A stretch of 64,000 nt of DNA from Candidatus Parcubacteria bacterium (GTDB taxonomy: Bacteria > Patescibacteriota > Minisyncoccia > Phycocordibacterales > JBAYGS01), in NCBI GenBank assembly GCA_039795895.1, contig JBDKKW010000001.1:18837-82836 (forward strand), written 5' to 3'. Positions within the stretch are counted from its first letter, which is position 1. The number at the start of each line of letters is the position of its first letter. The notes under the pieces were generated by a model that saw nothing but the letters and a program-made list of their open reading frames with translations, had not been told where the DNA came from and did not search any database. This document shows positions 17,078 to 26,915 of this stretch, one piece after another. The position numbers and the translations under genes were made by a program.

Positions 17078-17112
17078 CACCGTCCGGCTTCCGGACGGTG
17101 TTTTCTTTTTCA
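17078..17112 (+). terminator. Terminator CACCGTCCGG-ctt-CCGGACGGTG plus T-run; homologous to 13838-13875 with a compensatory G:C to A:T change
   Basis: acaccgtccggcttccggacggtgttttctttttcattttt. Confidence 0.65.
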
Positions 17113-17243
17113 TTTTTCCCTACTTTATACTTTTTATTCCAACGAGCGAGAAGCGCGTGGACAATTCTGATTGTATACAGCGTCCGAGTCGAAGTTGGAT
17201 CAAAGAGTGGCAACTCTTTACTTTCTACTATATACTTTCTGCC

Positions 17244-17861
17244 ATGAACTACATCATCGTCGGCCTCGGTAATCCTGGAGAAGAATACAAAGATACTCGC
17301 CATAATGCGGGAAGGATTGTGCTCGATACTTTTGCAAAATCTATTTCGGCAGATGAGCTTGGGGTGGACAAGAAATTAAATGCACTGGTTTCGATTGCGA
17401 CTGTAGCAAAGAAAAAAGTGACGCTGGTTGAGCCGGAGACTTTTATGAATAAATCGGGGCTTTCGGTGAAGCCTTTGGTGAAAGTGGCGAAGTCCAAGAT
17501 TTTTAAAGGTGGCACAGCAGAAAATCTAGTGGTGATCCATGATGATCTCGATATTCCGATTGGTAAGTTTAAAATTTCGTTTAATAAAAGCTCGGGTGGA
17601 CACAAAGGAGTTGAGTCAATCATTAAAGCGATTGGCACGGAAGCTTTTGTGCGGGTGCGTATGGGTATTTCACCTGTCAGTCCTTCGGGTAAGCTAAAAA
17701 AGCCGTCAGGCGAGGCATTGATCGGTGATTTTATTGTTGATCCATTTAAAAAAGCGGAGTTGGAGTTGATTAAAAAGTCTGCAAAGAAAGTGGCTGAAGG
17801 TCTCGCGGTTCTCGTCGAACATGGCAAAGATAAAGCGATGAGTGAGTTTAATGGGCTGTAG
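17244..17861 (+). CDS. pth: Peptidyl-tRNA hydrolase
   Basis: MNYIIVGLGNPGEEYKDTRHNAGR..., the canonical Pth N-terminus. Confidence 0.9.
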   Translation: MNYIIVGLGNPGEEYKDTRHNAGRIVLDTFAKSISADELGVDKKLNALVSIATVAKKKVTLVEPETFMNKSGLSVKPLVKVAKSKIFKGGTAENLVVIHDDLDIPIGKFKISFNKSSGGHKGVESIIKAIGTEAFVRVRMGISPVSPSGKLKKPSGEALIGDFIVDPFKKAELELIKKSAKKVAEGLAVLVEHGKDKAMSEFNGL

Positions 17862-17867
17862 AATTAT

Positions 17868-18311
17868 ATGGCACTTGAACAACCAGAGGCACTACCTGTC
17901 GATACGGCACATTCTAAAGAGAAGGGTTTGCCTAGCCTCCATTTTGATAAGAGAGAAATTAAACCGAATGTAGTTGCCTATGATTTTGAACACGCGAGTG
18001 TTGGTATAAATACTACTGGAGTAAATTACCGGGATTTACCAGAGATTGTATTTGGATTTTTGGATAAGGAGAAGGGGAAGTATTCTGTACAGCAACCCGA
18101 GGTGCGATCTATTGCAACAAATATGGACTACATTGTTCAGTGTATCAAGGTGGTTGCAGAAGAGAGTGGTATAAAGGAATTTTGGTTTTATCCATATGGC
18201 GAGGATGGTACGGATGAGTCACGCCGTGAATCAGCTCGATTACGTTTGTTTAAGCTATATATAGATTTTGTACCAGCACCGACTGGTCACGGGTATATTT
18301 TAAGAATTTAA
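17868..18311 (+). CDS. Hypothetical protein (147 aa)
   Basis: ORF located 7 nt after the pth stop. Followed by the terminator at 18318. Confidence 0.5.
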   Translation: MALEQPEALPVDTAHSKEKGLPSLHFDKREIKPNVVAYDFEHASVGINTTGVNYRDLPEIVFGFLDKEKGKYSVQQPEVRSIATNMDYIVQCIKVVAEESGIKEFWFYPYGEDGTDESRRESARLRLFKLYIDFVPAPTGHGYILRI

Positions 18312-18317
18312 AATCAA

Positions 18318-18352
18318 AATGCGGGGCGACGAAGTCGCCCCGCATTTTGATT
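18318..18352 (+). terminator. Rho-independent terminator AAAATGCGGGGCGACgaaGTCGCCCCGCATTTTGATTT
   Basis: Hairpin plus T-run. Confidence 0.65.
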
Positions 18353-18417
18353 TGACTCGATGTTTAAAAAGAGTACAGTTGCTTCCAGAATTTGCACTTT
18401 TAAAAGAAAGGCGAAAA

Positions 18418-19356
18418 ATGAAAGCTACAGAAATGAAGACACGGATTTTGTTGTTCGAGTCGATTCCATGCTGGTATCAGCTGGCGTTTCGAAACGTAGA
18501 CGCGGTGCTCATCGTTCGTATACATGAGGTGTATTTGGCGGGGCTTACAGATATTCCCGAAAATGCGCCGGTGGTGCGCTACTTTGAGCGCTTGCGGGGC
18601 TTTGAGCCCGGTTTGTTTTTTGATCGGTTTCGCGGAGCGTTCCAAGGGGATACCTTTGGTTTTAATCGCGCACTGATCAAACAGCCTCGGAGAAATGGCG
18701 ATCCGTTTGTGGAATACTGGGCCAAGATTCCGACGGTGTGTTTTGAGACGCACGAGGTGTGTCGGGATTGCAGTGGTACCAAGAGGAGATTTTGTGACAA
18801 GTGCTATGCCTGCAGGGGTAGTGGTAAACAAAGAGACTATGATTTTACCGATGCCTTCGTGCTTCAAACGAGTCTGGCCTTGTTACTGAGCTTGCTATCC
18901 GTCCCGCCACAGATAGATTTGGATACAGACGGGTGGCAGACACTGTCGGTTGAATGTGGAGCTGAATCGGGTAACTCTAAGTCTGGTGTGTGGGGTGAGA
19001 TGGGTCCACCTCTCGTAGACCATCTGAAAGGGTTGTCGAAGTCATCACGAGACGCTTTGATCACTGAAGTCTCTCAGGCGATGATGATTGCTCACGCGAC
19101 CATGATGCATGAGTCATCTGATCCGCACGCATTTCACAAAAGTCTGGATGACCGGGGGATTCATATAAGTTGCCCGGGAAATGCTACGGGGATTGATGGG
19201 GCGTTTGAGCCGAATCATAGTGGTCCGTATGGCATGAGATTCTCTCCGCACAATGTGGATTCGCCGATTCAAGGATTGAGTTTGATTGCGGGTATTGCCA
19301 AACTCTCTGAGCTTACGCAATTTTGGCTCAAGAGGGAAGTACCTGCGAAAAAATAA
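18418..19356 (+). CDS. Hypothetical protein with a DnaJ-type CxxCxGxG zinc-finger pair
   Basis: CRDCSGTKRRFCDKCYACRGSG; RBS aaagaaaggcgaaaaATG. The ORF track's upstream extension (from 18319) overlaps the terminator and is not used. Confidence 0.5.
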   Translation: MKATEMKTRILLFESIPCWYQLAFRNVDAVLIVRIHEVYLAGLTDIPENAPVVRYFERLRGFEPGLFFDRFRGAFQGDTFGFNRALIKQPRRNGDPFVEYWAKIPTVCFETHEVCRDCSGTKRRFCDKCYACRGSGKQRDYDFTDAFVLQTSLALLLSLLSVPPQIDLDTDGWQTLSVECGAESGNSKSGVWGEMGPPLVDHLKGLSKSSRDALITEVSQAMMIAHATMMHESSDPHAFHKSLDDRGIHISCPGNATGIDGAFEPNHSGPYGMRFSPHNVDSPIQGLSLIAGIAKLSELTQFWLKREVPAKK

Positions 19357-19364
19357 TTACGCCA

Positions 19365-19405
19365 AGCCCCGCCCCGAGTGCTCTCGAGGGCGGGGCTTTT
19401 TCTTC
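19365..19405 (+). terminator. Terminator AAGCCCCGCCCcgagtgctctcgagGGCGGGGCTTTTTCTTCTT
   Basis: Hairpin plus T-run. Confidence 0.6.
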
Positions 19406-19436
19406 TTAGTTGTACAATTTTGTGGAGTGTGGTTTG

Positions 19437-19655
19437 ATGGACACAGAAAAAAGAGAAAGGATTTATATGCATGACGACTTGTGGAAGTGGGGATTGTTTT
19501 TGGTCGGGATTGCTGTGTGGATTTGGTACGCGATCATCGAGATTCATGATTGCGAACGAACCGATCACAAAGTAGTTTGCGTGATTTTCGGAATACTCCC
19601 ACCACTTTGCTTTTTGTGTGCTATTGGGATGTATTTCTGTAACCGGTTCTTTTGA
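19437..19655 (+). CDS. Small membrane protein (about 72 aa)
   Basis: MDTEKRERIYMHDDLWKWGLFLVGIAVWIWYAII..., with two TM helices. Confidence 0.35.
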   Translation: MDTEKRERIYMHDDLWKWGLFLVGIAVWIWYAIIEIHDCERTDHKVVCVIFGILPPLCFLCAIGMYFCNRFF

Positions 19656-19955
19656 TTCAAAATTGAAACCCCACGATACCCTTCTTAGGTGTATCGTGGG
19701 GTTTTCCTTTATCGATAACGAACGAGAATCCTTTTGGTGTATGTTGCGGAGTTGAGCCAGCAGGGTCAGTCAAGAGATGTGTCTGCACATTATCTTGACT
19801 GTGGCGAGACGAGTGAGAAAGTGCGGGGCACTTTCGCAAGACTCATTGAGATTCTTTCTTTAAAAATCCAATGAGTGGACAGTTCCTGTAAGGAATAGGA
19901 AAAGCCGGCGCTGGCCGGCTTTATCCGCGTACACCAAAAGTGATGGAGTGAGTCT

Positions 19956-21191
19956 TTACTTCTTATCTCCTGTGAACGCCAGTGTCATCTTCTGCTCCTT
20001 CGGATCAAACAAAGTGATTTTAAATGGATACACCTTACCGAGCTCGAGCTTCTTGCGAAGCATATCTTCACTACCAAACTCTGATACATGCACAAGACCT
20101 GCTACACCTTCTTCGATTGAAGCGAGTGCACCATGCTTGTTGAATTTGATAATCACACCAGAGACAGTCTGCTCTTTCTTGTATTTCTTAGCAGCTTCTT
20201 TCCATGGATTTTCCTTGAGTGCCTTGATTGAAAGCGATACTTTGCCATCCTTTACTTCAATCACTTTCACGCGCACTTTGTCGCCAATCTTGTAGAGTGT
20301 TTTTGGATTCTCAACGAGTGCCCAATCGATTTCAGAAATGTGCACCAAGCCTTCAAGACCCTCTTCGACTTTCACGAAGATACCAAAGTCGACAAGGCCG
20401 GTCACTTCGCCAGTTAATTCATCGCCAACCGCATATTTGACGGTCATCTTCTCTTTCTCTTTTTCTACCGGACTCTTTTCAGAGAAGATAAGTTTACCTT
20501 CCTTTGGATCTGAGCCGATGATTGAGACGGTGAGGCGAGTGCCTACCAATTTTCGCAACTCTTCAAGAATGCGATCCTTGTCGCCATCCTGTACGCGAGG
20601 GTAGTGATCAGCTTTGAGCTGAGACGCTGGCAAGAAGCCAACAATCCCTTGCCACTCCATAATCAAACCACCCTTGTTTGCTTCCTTTACGGTAAGTTCA
20701 ACGAGAGTCTTGTTTTTGATAATGTCTTCTGCCTCACTCCAGATGAGTGCCTGTCGAGCTTCCTTGAGTGACAACTCGATGTAGCCTTCAGGGTGTTCAG
20801 TATCAACCACTTTTGCAGCGATGGTGTCGCCGATGTTGATCTTTTTAATGATGTCGCGGGCATTGATGTATTCACGACCGTAAATAATACCCGTGCCGAT
20901 AGGGGCAAGGTCAACATACACGCCAGATTTATCAATCGCAATGACCGGACCTTCTACCAAGTCACCAATCGCTGGTGGATTTTTACTGTCTGCCAAAAGC
21001 TGATCCATGACGGTGAGTTTTTTTGGACTCACTTCCTCAGAAGCTTCGACAGCTTTTACCTTTGAAGCTTTTGCTTTCGCTGGAGCTTCTTTTTTTGCTG
21101 GGGTCTCGGTGGTTGCGGTCTTGGTTGCAACTTCCGCTACATCTGCTTTTGCTTCGTCTTTCTTCTTACGTGAAAAAATACCTAATACCAT
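19956..21191 (-). CDS. rpsA: 30S ribosomal protein S1 with a Lys/Ala-rich N-terminus
   Basis: Multiple S1 domains (..GDLVEGPVIAIDKSGVYVDL.., ..GTRLTVSIIGSD.. and others). The long N-terminal extension in the ORF track was trimmed to MVLGIFSRKKK. Confidence 0.9.
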   Translation of the reverse strand: MVLGIFSRKKKDEAKADVAEVATKTATTETPAKKEAPAKAKASKVKAVEASEEVSPKKLTVMDQLLADSKNPPAIGDLVEGPVIAIDKSGVYVDLAPIGTGIIYGREYINARDIIKKINIGDTIAAKVVDTEHPEGYIELSLKEARQALIWSEAEDIIKNKTLVELTVKEANKGGLIMEWQGIVGFLPASQLKADHYPRVQDGDKDRILEELRKLVGTRLTVSIIGSDPKEGKLIFSEKSPVEKEKEKMTVKYAVGDELTGEVTGLVDFGIFVKVEEGLEGLVHISEIDWALVENPKTLYKIGDKVRVKVIEVKDGKVSLSIKALKENPWKEAAKKYKKEQTVSGVIIKFNKHGALASIEEGVAGLVHVSEFGSEDMLRKKLELGKVYPFKITLFDPKEQKMTLAFTGDKK

Positions 21192-21399
21192 ATAATTTAT
21201 TTCGGCGCTGGCTTCCGTTCTGAGTATACTGGTCGATGGTGGCGAGAATCGGCACACAAGACCCATGTCACAAACGGCGTTATCCAAACTCCGGACTATT
21301 AATGGACGAGTGATTAGTATACTTAAAAAGAGGGGAGTGTCAACGAGTGTAGACAAGGAGACATTAGTAGTTAGACATTAGACCGGAGAGATCCCCAAT

Positions 21400-21510
21400 T
21401 CTCCCTTATTAAAGGGAGCACTTCATTCTGATGAAGGAGGGATTTTTTGACTCAAAATCCTCCGCCTAGAGTACTAGGCACCTCCTTTAATAAGGAGGAA
21501 TCAGAAAAAA
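21400..21510. other. Cluster of five consecutive short hairpins with SD-like GGAGG/AGGGAG sequences in their stems
   Basis: CTCCCTTattaAAGGGAG; CTTCATtctgATGAAG; GGAGGGATTTTttgactcAAAATCCTCC; CCTAGagtaCTAGG; CCTCCTTtaataAGGAGG. Confidence 0.5.
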
Positions 21511-21590
21511 CACCATTCCAATTTCACACACCGATTTTCCGCCAAGAATGCCTTGTTTCTAGGGCTCGTTTAGCGTACTATTGAAACACT

Positions 21591-21622
21591 TGTATTTATA
21601 TATAATCTGTGCTATAATAGCA
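21591..21622 (+). promoter_or_regulatory. Promoter TTGTAT-N17-TATAAT for the gene at 21651
   Basis: cacttgtatttatatataatctgtgctataat. Confidence 0.5.
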
Positions 21623-21650
21623 ATCAGAAAATAAGCACCTTAGAAAGATT

Positions 21651-22073
21651 ATGAAAAAAATCAAAGTTGGTTTTGTTGGTTATTGCCCACCCACTCGTTT
21701 TAATGTGGATGAGGCTCGACGAATGATTATCGAGGCTTTTAGCATGATTCTTGCGGAAAACCCAGATACCAATATCACTCTGGTTTCAGGTCTGTGCAAT
21801 GTTGGTTCCCTCGCTATCGCTTACGAAGAAGCGGTTAAGTTGGGATGGAGGACGGTCGGCATTGCTTGCGAGAAGGCCAAGGAGCATCCACATTTTCCTG
21901 TCGATGAGAAAATCATCGTTGGTGCTGAGTGGGGTGATGAAAGCACTGCCTTTGTTTCTTCACTCGATATGATTGTCCGAGTTGGAGCTGGTAAACAAGG
22001 ACGTCGTGAGACTGAAGCGGTGAAGGCTTCTGGTAGGCCCGCATTCGAATACGAACTCCCTGTTCTTCAGTAA
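21651..22073 (+). CDS. Rossmann-like small protein, possibly SLOG/DprA-LOG-like (DUF2493-like)
   Basis: KVGFVGYCPP...ITLVSGLCNVGSLAIAYEEAVKLGWRTVGIAC; family assignment is weak. Confidence 0.45.
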   Translation: MKKIKVGFVGYCPPTRFNVDEARRMIIEAFSMILAENPDTNITLVSGLCNVGSLAIAYEEAVKLGWRTVGIACEKAKEHPHFPVDEKIIVGAEWGDESTAFVSSLDMIVRVGAGKQGRRETEAVKASGRPAFEYELPVLQ

Positions 22074-22079
22074 TTCAAG

Positions 22080-22112
22080 GCTCGCGCCCTGCGCGAGCCT
22101 TTTTCTTTTTCT
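22080..22112 (+). terminator. Terminator AAGGCTCGCGCcctGCGCGAGCCTTTTTCTTTTT; the stem sequence is repeated at 23285
   Basis: Hairpin plus T-run. Confidence 0.65.
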
Positions 22113-22137
22113 CGTTTTTGTATATACTATTCTCCAT

Positions 22138-22767
22138 ATGATCATCAGTTACCACGGAGCGGAATTTTTCAAGGTGCAGTTTGGCGAGACAGTGCTCGCG
22201 TTTAATCCGATTTCGAAAGAATCAAAATTACCCCAGACACGATTTGGGGCCGATATCGCATTGGTGTCGCTCAATACGCGAGATTATAATGGTATCGAGC
22301 AGGTCACTCACGGCGACCGGACTCCGTTTGCCATTGTCGGTCCCGGAGAATACGAAGTGAAAGGGGTGTTTATCAAAGGTATACAGTCAAAATCGATGGA
22401 GGGTGGAGAAGAACGTATTAATACAGTCTACTCAGTGACTCTTGAAAATATGAATTTGTGTTTTTTGGGTGCGCTTGGTGCCGAATTGTCTTCTGATGCA
22501 AAGGGAGCGATTGATGATATCGATATTTTGTTTGTGCCGGTCGGTGGTAACGGCGTGCTTTCTCCTGCGGAGGCGTACAAGCTTGCGGTAGCGCTCGAGC
22601 CAAAGTTGATCATCCCGATGCATTACGGGGAAGCCGGAAGCAAAGAGCTCAAGTCGTTTTTGAAAGAAGCGGGAGAAGAAGGGGTGAAGCCGATAGATAA
22701 GCTCACGCTCAAGAAAAAAGATTTGGAAGGGAAGGAGGCGGAAGTAGTTGTTTTAGACAGAGTCTAA
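22138..22767 (+). CDS. MBL-fold metallo-hydrolase family protein (UlaG-like)
   Basis: MIISYHGAEFFKVQFGETVLAFNP... resembles the MBL fold. It has no canonical HxHxDH motif. Confidence 0.6.
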   Translation: MIISYHGAEFFKVQFGETVLAFNPISKESKLPQTRFGADIALVSLNTRDYNGIEQVTHGDRTPFAIVGPGEYEVKGVFIKGIQSKSMEGGEERINTVYSVTLENMNLCFLGALGAELSSDAKGAIDDIDILFVPVGGNGVLSPAEAYKLAVALEPKLIIPMHYGEAGSKELKSFLKEAGEEGVKPIDKLTLKKKDLEGKEAEVVVLDRV

Positions 22768-22914
22768 GATAATTTCTAATTTCTAAATTATAATTTCTAA
22801 TGGGGGGGGGGAGAATGATTCGGACTCTGACTAAAAACCCCGCCCGAACGGACCAGAGTCCGCTCGGTACGGGCGGGTATCAGCAATAAACTTATAAACT
22901 ATCGACTTCTGCCA

Positions 22915-23268
22915 ATGCTTGATTTTTTACACAATCTTCGAAATAAGCCAACTGCGGTGCGCGAGCGAATTGCGATCAGTACAACGGTAGTGCTTATTGT
23001 CTTAATTGTGGGTGTGTGGCTGGGGACCAATCGGGCACTCACTTTTTCAACTCCCGAAACTACAGCAGATGCTCAGCCGACGGTGGTGGCTCCAGGACCT
23101 TTTGATACGCTCAAAAATTCGTTCTCACAATTTTCAAACAATTTTAATAAAAACGTGGATGATCTGAAGACAAAATTCTCAACACAAGATGGATTGCAGG
23201 TGCTTCCTGCGACGAGCACAACAGAAGAGGCGACTCCTGTAGATGTCGATACGACCACTACTCAATAA
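22915..23268 (+). CDS. Membrane-anchored hypothetical protein (117 aa)
   Basis: N-terminal TM helix and a Thr-rich C-terminus. A G9 homopolymer lies upstream at 22803-22811. Confidence 0.45.
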   Translation: MLDFLHNLRNKPTAVRERIAISTTVVLIVLIVGVWLGTNRALTFSTPETTADAQPTVVAPGPFDTLKNSFSQFSNNFNKNVDDLKTKFSTQDGLQVLPATSTTEEATPVDVDTTTTQ

Positions 23269-23284
23269 AGATTGGAAATAGAAA

Positions 23285-23312
23285 AAGGCTCGCGCGTTGC
23301 GCGAGCCTTTGC
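23285..23312. terminator. Hairpin AAAGGCTCGCGCgttGCGCGAGCCTTTg between convergent genes
   Basis: Same stem sequence as the 22080 terminator. Confidence 0.5.
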
Positions 23313-23321
23313 TGAAAGAAC

Positions 23322-23681
<360 letters not shown>

Positions 23682-23854
23682 CTACCTTTCTTTCTCACAG
23701 ACGAGCTGTGTGTTGTTTCTTTTCCGCTCAGCATACTACACGATATCTTTTACTTGTCAAATATTACAATTACGAAAGAGACAATTCGGATATTTTTGCA
23801 TTGTCATTTTTTATTGAGAAATGCTATACTTAGGCACTCATTTAAATACAAATT

Positions 23855-26329
23855 ATGCCTGAAAAAGACGAACAACTAGAAGCTCCGCGAGACCCGAACA
23901 AAGGTGTGGTGTCACAAGAAATTGTGGCAGAAATGCGCACCTCATATCTCGACTATGCGATGTCCGTGATTACGGATCGCGCGCTTCCTGATGTTCGCGA
24001 TGGCTTGAAGCCAGTGCATCGTCGTATCCTCTTTGCGATGCACGAGATGGGACTCACTGCTTCGTCTCGTTTTCGAAAGTCAGCGACCGTGGTGGGAGAC
24101 GTACTCGGTAAATATCACCCCCACGGAGATATGGCGGTGTATATGTCGATGGTGGGTATGGCGCAGGATTTCACCTATCGCTATCCGCTCATCTCTGGCC
24201 AGGGAAACTTCGGTTCAATTGACGGCGACAATCCCGCAGCGCACCGATACACCGAAGCAAAGATGTCTCGTGTCTCAGCTGAAATGCTCAAAGATCTCGA
24301 AAAAGAGACAGTGCTGTGGCGACCAAACTACGACAACACTCGCAAGGAGCCAGCGGTGCTTCCTGCAGCGGTCCCGAACTTGCTTTTGAATGGTACGCTT
24401 GGTATCGCGGTCGGTATGGCGACCAATATTCCTCCACACAATCTCGGAGAATTGGTAGATGCGACGGTACATTTGATTGATGAAAAGGATGCAACCACCG
24501 AAGACTTGCTTAAGTTTGTAAAAGGCCCCGATTTTCCAACCGGCGGAGTGATTTATGGCGAAAAAGATTTGCGTCATGCGTATTCAACCGGCAAGGGAAG
24601 TGTGGTTACTCGTGGTGTGGCAGAAATTGTGGAAGACAAAAAAGGTAATTTTCAGATTATCATCACGTCGATTCCGTATCGCTTGGTGAAGTCGGATTTG
24701 TTGATGTCGATTGCGGATTTGGTTCGCGACAAGAAAATCGAGGGTATCAAAGGGCTTCGTGATGAATCAGCAAAAGATATTCGTATCGCGATCGATTTGA
24801 AGCAGGGTGCACATCCGCAAAAAGTACTCAATCAGCTCTACAAGCATACTCGACTCGAAGACGCGTTCCATTTCAACCTTGTGGCGCTCGTGGATGGTAT
24901 TCCGCAAACCTTGTCGCTCAAGGTCATGCTCGAAGAATTTGTGAAGCATCGCAAAGAGGTGATTCGCAAGCGCACCGAGTTTGACCTCAAAGACGCGCTT
25001 GCTCGCGAGCATATTTTGCTTGGACTCACCAAAGCACTTGATCATATCGACGAGATTATCAAGCTCATCAAGAAATCAAAGGATGTGACCGAGGCTCGTG
25101 CTGGCTTGATGAAGCAGTTTAAATTCTCAGAGCTCCAGGCAAATGCGATTCTTGATATGCGTTTGCAAAAGCTTGCGGGTCTTGAACGCAAGAAGTTGGA
25201 AGATGAGCTTTCAGCGGTGCAAGCTTTGATCAAAGAACTTAAAGATATTTTGGCAAACCCTAAGAAGATTTTGGGTATTATTAAGACTGAGCTTTCAGAG
25301 GTTAAGGCAAAATATGCCGATGAACGACGCACTCGGGTGATCAAGGGTGGTGTGCAAGAGCTTTCTGATGAAGATTTGATTCCAGATGTAGAATCAGTAC
25401 TCGTGCTCACGGCGGGTGGCTACATCAAGCGCACAGCGCCAGAGGAATATCGCAAGCAAAAGCGTGGAGGTGTCGGCGTGGTGGATTTGGATACCAAAGA
25501 AGAAGATTTTATTACGCATATTATCAACACCAATACACACGCAGATCTCCTCTTCTTTACCAACAAAGGCAAGGCGTATCAGATCAAGATGCACGAGATT
25601 CCAGAGGGTAAGCGTGCGACGAAGGGCAAGGCGATTGTGAATTTCCTCCAGCTTGCTGATGATGAAAAAGTCACTTCGATTTTGCCTATGCCAAAGGAGG
25701 TGAAGAAAGCCGAACTCTCGCTCTTTATGGTCACTAAAAATGGTACCGGAAAGAAAGTGAAGGCGGAGTCGTTCCATGATGTGCGACGCAGTGGCTTGAT
25801 TGCTATTGGTCTTGATGCGGGCGACAGTCTGGTATCAGTGCGATTTGTCGAAAAGGGTGATGACCTTGTGCTTGCAACTTCAGAGGGTCAGTCGATTCGA
25901 TTTAAAGAAAGTGATATTCGGGAGATGGGACGCACCGCAATGGGTGTGATCGCTATGCGACTTGAAAAGGGTGACACGGTCATTGGATCGGATGTGGTGC
26001 GAAAGGGTATGAAGAAGCCGACTCTCTTGGTGATTATGTCTGGAGGCTACGGCAAGCAAACCGAGATGAGCGAATACAAAGTACAAAAGCGAGGTGGTTC
26101 TGGTATTTTGACCGCTAAAGTGACCGACAAAACGGGAAAGGTGATTACCTCGAGTGTGGTAGAAGCTGTGGAAGAAGAAGTGGAGTCAGAGCTCGTGGCA
26201 ATTTCAAAAAAGAGTCAGGTGATTCGATGCAGTATCAAAGAGATCCCAACACTTGGACGACAGACACAGGGGGTACGCATAATGCGACTACGAGATGGGG
26301 ATACTCTAGCTTCAGCGGTGTGTTTGTAA
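23855..26329 (+). CDS. gyrA: DNA gyrase subunit A
   Basis: Active-site region [11 protein letters not shown]-terminal [11 protein letters not shown], and C-terminal beta-pinwheel repeats. 824 aa. Confidence 0.95.
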   Translation: MPEKDEQLEAPRDPNKGVVSQEIVAEMRTSYLDYAMSVITDRALPDVRDGLKPVHRRILFAMHEMGLTASSRFRKSATVVGDVLGKYHPHGDMAVYMSMVGMAQDFTYRYPLISGQGNFGSIDGDNPAAHRYTEAKMSRVSAEMLKDLEKETVLWRPNYDNTRKEPAVLPAAVPNLLLNGTLGIAVGMATNIPPHNLGELVDATVHLIDEKDATTEDLLKFVKGPDFPTGGVIYGEKDLRHAYSTGKGSVVTRGVAEIVEDKKGNFQIIITSIPYRLVKSDLLMSIADLVRDKKIEGIKGLRDESAKDIRIAIDLKQGAHPQKVLNQLYKHTRLEDAFHFNLVALVDGIPQTLSLKVMLEEFVKHRKEVIRKRTEFDLKDALAREHILLGLTKALDHIDEIIKLIKKSKDVTEARAGLMKQFKFSELQANAILDMRLQKLAGLERKKLEDELSAVQALIKELKDILANPKKILGIIKTELSEVKAKYADERRTRVIKGGVQELSDEDLIPDVESVLVLTAGGYIKRTAPEEYRKQKRGGVGVVDLDTKEEDFITHIINTNTHADLLFFTNKGKAYQIKMHEIPEGKRATKGKAIVNFLQLADDEKVTSILPMPKEVKKAELSLFMVTKNGTGKKVKAESFHDVRRSGLIAIGLDAGDSLVSVRFVEKGDDLVLATSEGQSIRFKESDIREMGRTAMGVIAMRLEKGDTVIGSDVVRKGMKKPTLLVIMSGGYGKQTEMSEYKVQKRGGSGILTAKVTDKTGKVITSSVVEAVEEEVESELVAISKKSQVIRCSIKEIPTLGRQTQGVRIMRLRDGDTLASAVCL

Positions 26330-26479
26330 GACATCCAAAATTACCCCATCCGCATTGTAGCGGTTTGGATTTTCTATTCACCATATGACCAAGTAGGCTT
26401 TGTCGAAAACCCTTCCGTGGCGTTTAGGCTAATTTTGGAAGTCTAAGATTTATTGTTGATATATTAATATTCATTTTTT

Positions 26480-26821
26480 ATGGTTACCATCGAAGATTTT
26501 CTAAAACTAGACATTCGAGTGGGAAAAATTACTGAAGTGAGTGATTTCCCTGAGGCGAAAAAACCAGCGTATAAGCTCAAAATTGATTTTGGTGCAGAAA
26601 TTGGTATCAAACAATCTTCGGTCCAGATCGTGTCGCTCTACACCAAAGAATCGTTGGTGGGGAAGTTGGTGCTCGGAGTGGTAAATTTTCCACCACGCAA
26701 AATCGGGCCCTTTCTTTCAGAAGTACTGACGCTTGGTGTGCCTGATGCAGATGGGAAGGTGATTTTGATCGCGCCTGATAGTGGCGTGTCTCAAGCGGTG
26801 ATTGGAGGGAAGTTGTTTTGA
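26480..26821 (+). CDS. csaA: tRNA-binding protein CsaA/Trbp111-like (EMAP/OB fold)
   Basis: IEDFLKLDIRVGKITEVSDFPEAKKPAYKLKIDFGAE...VVNFPPRKIG. Confidence 0.8.
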   Translation: MVTIEDFLKLDIRVGKITEVSDFPEAKKPAYKLKIDFGAEIGIKQSSVQIVSLYTKESLVGKLVLGVVNFPPRKIGPFLSEVLTLGVPDADGKVILIAPDSGVSQAVIGGKLF

Positions 26822-26915
26822 TGTGAATTACATAGGTCTGACCTATGTAATTGCGAGAATAAGGCTTTTTGTGATATAAAAGGGTGAGAATAGTTCCTCA
26901 AAAGAAAGGATGGAT

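Noticed and set aside
17249-17827. Minus ORF of 192 aa
   Set aside because: Antisense to pth.
21427-21475. Possible hammerhead ribozyme (CTGATGA followed by a hairpin)
   Set aside because: CUGAUGA plus a stem II-like hairpin is present, but the obligatory GAAA after stem II is absent (the sequence continues GCCTAG). Not a hammerhead.
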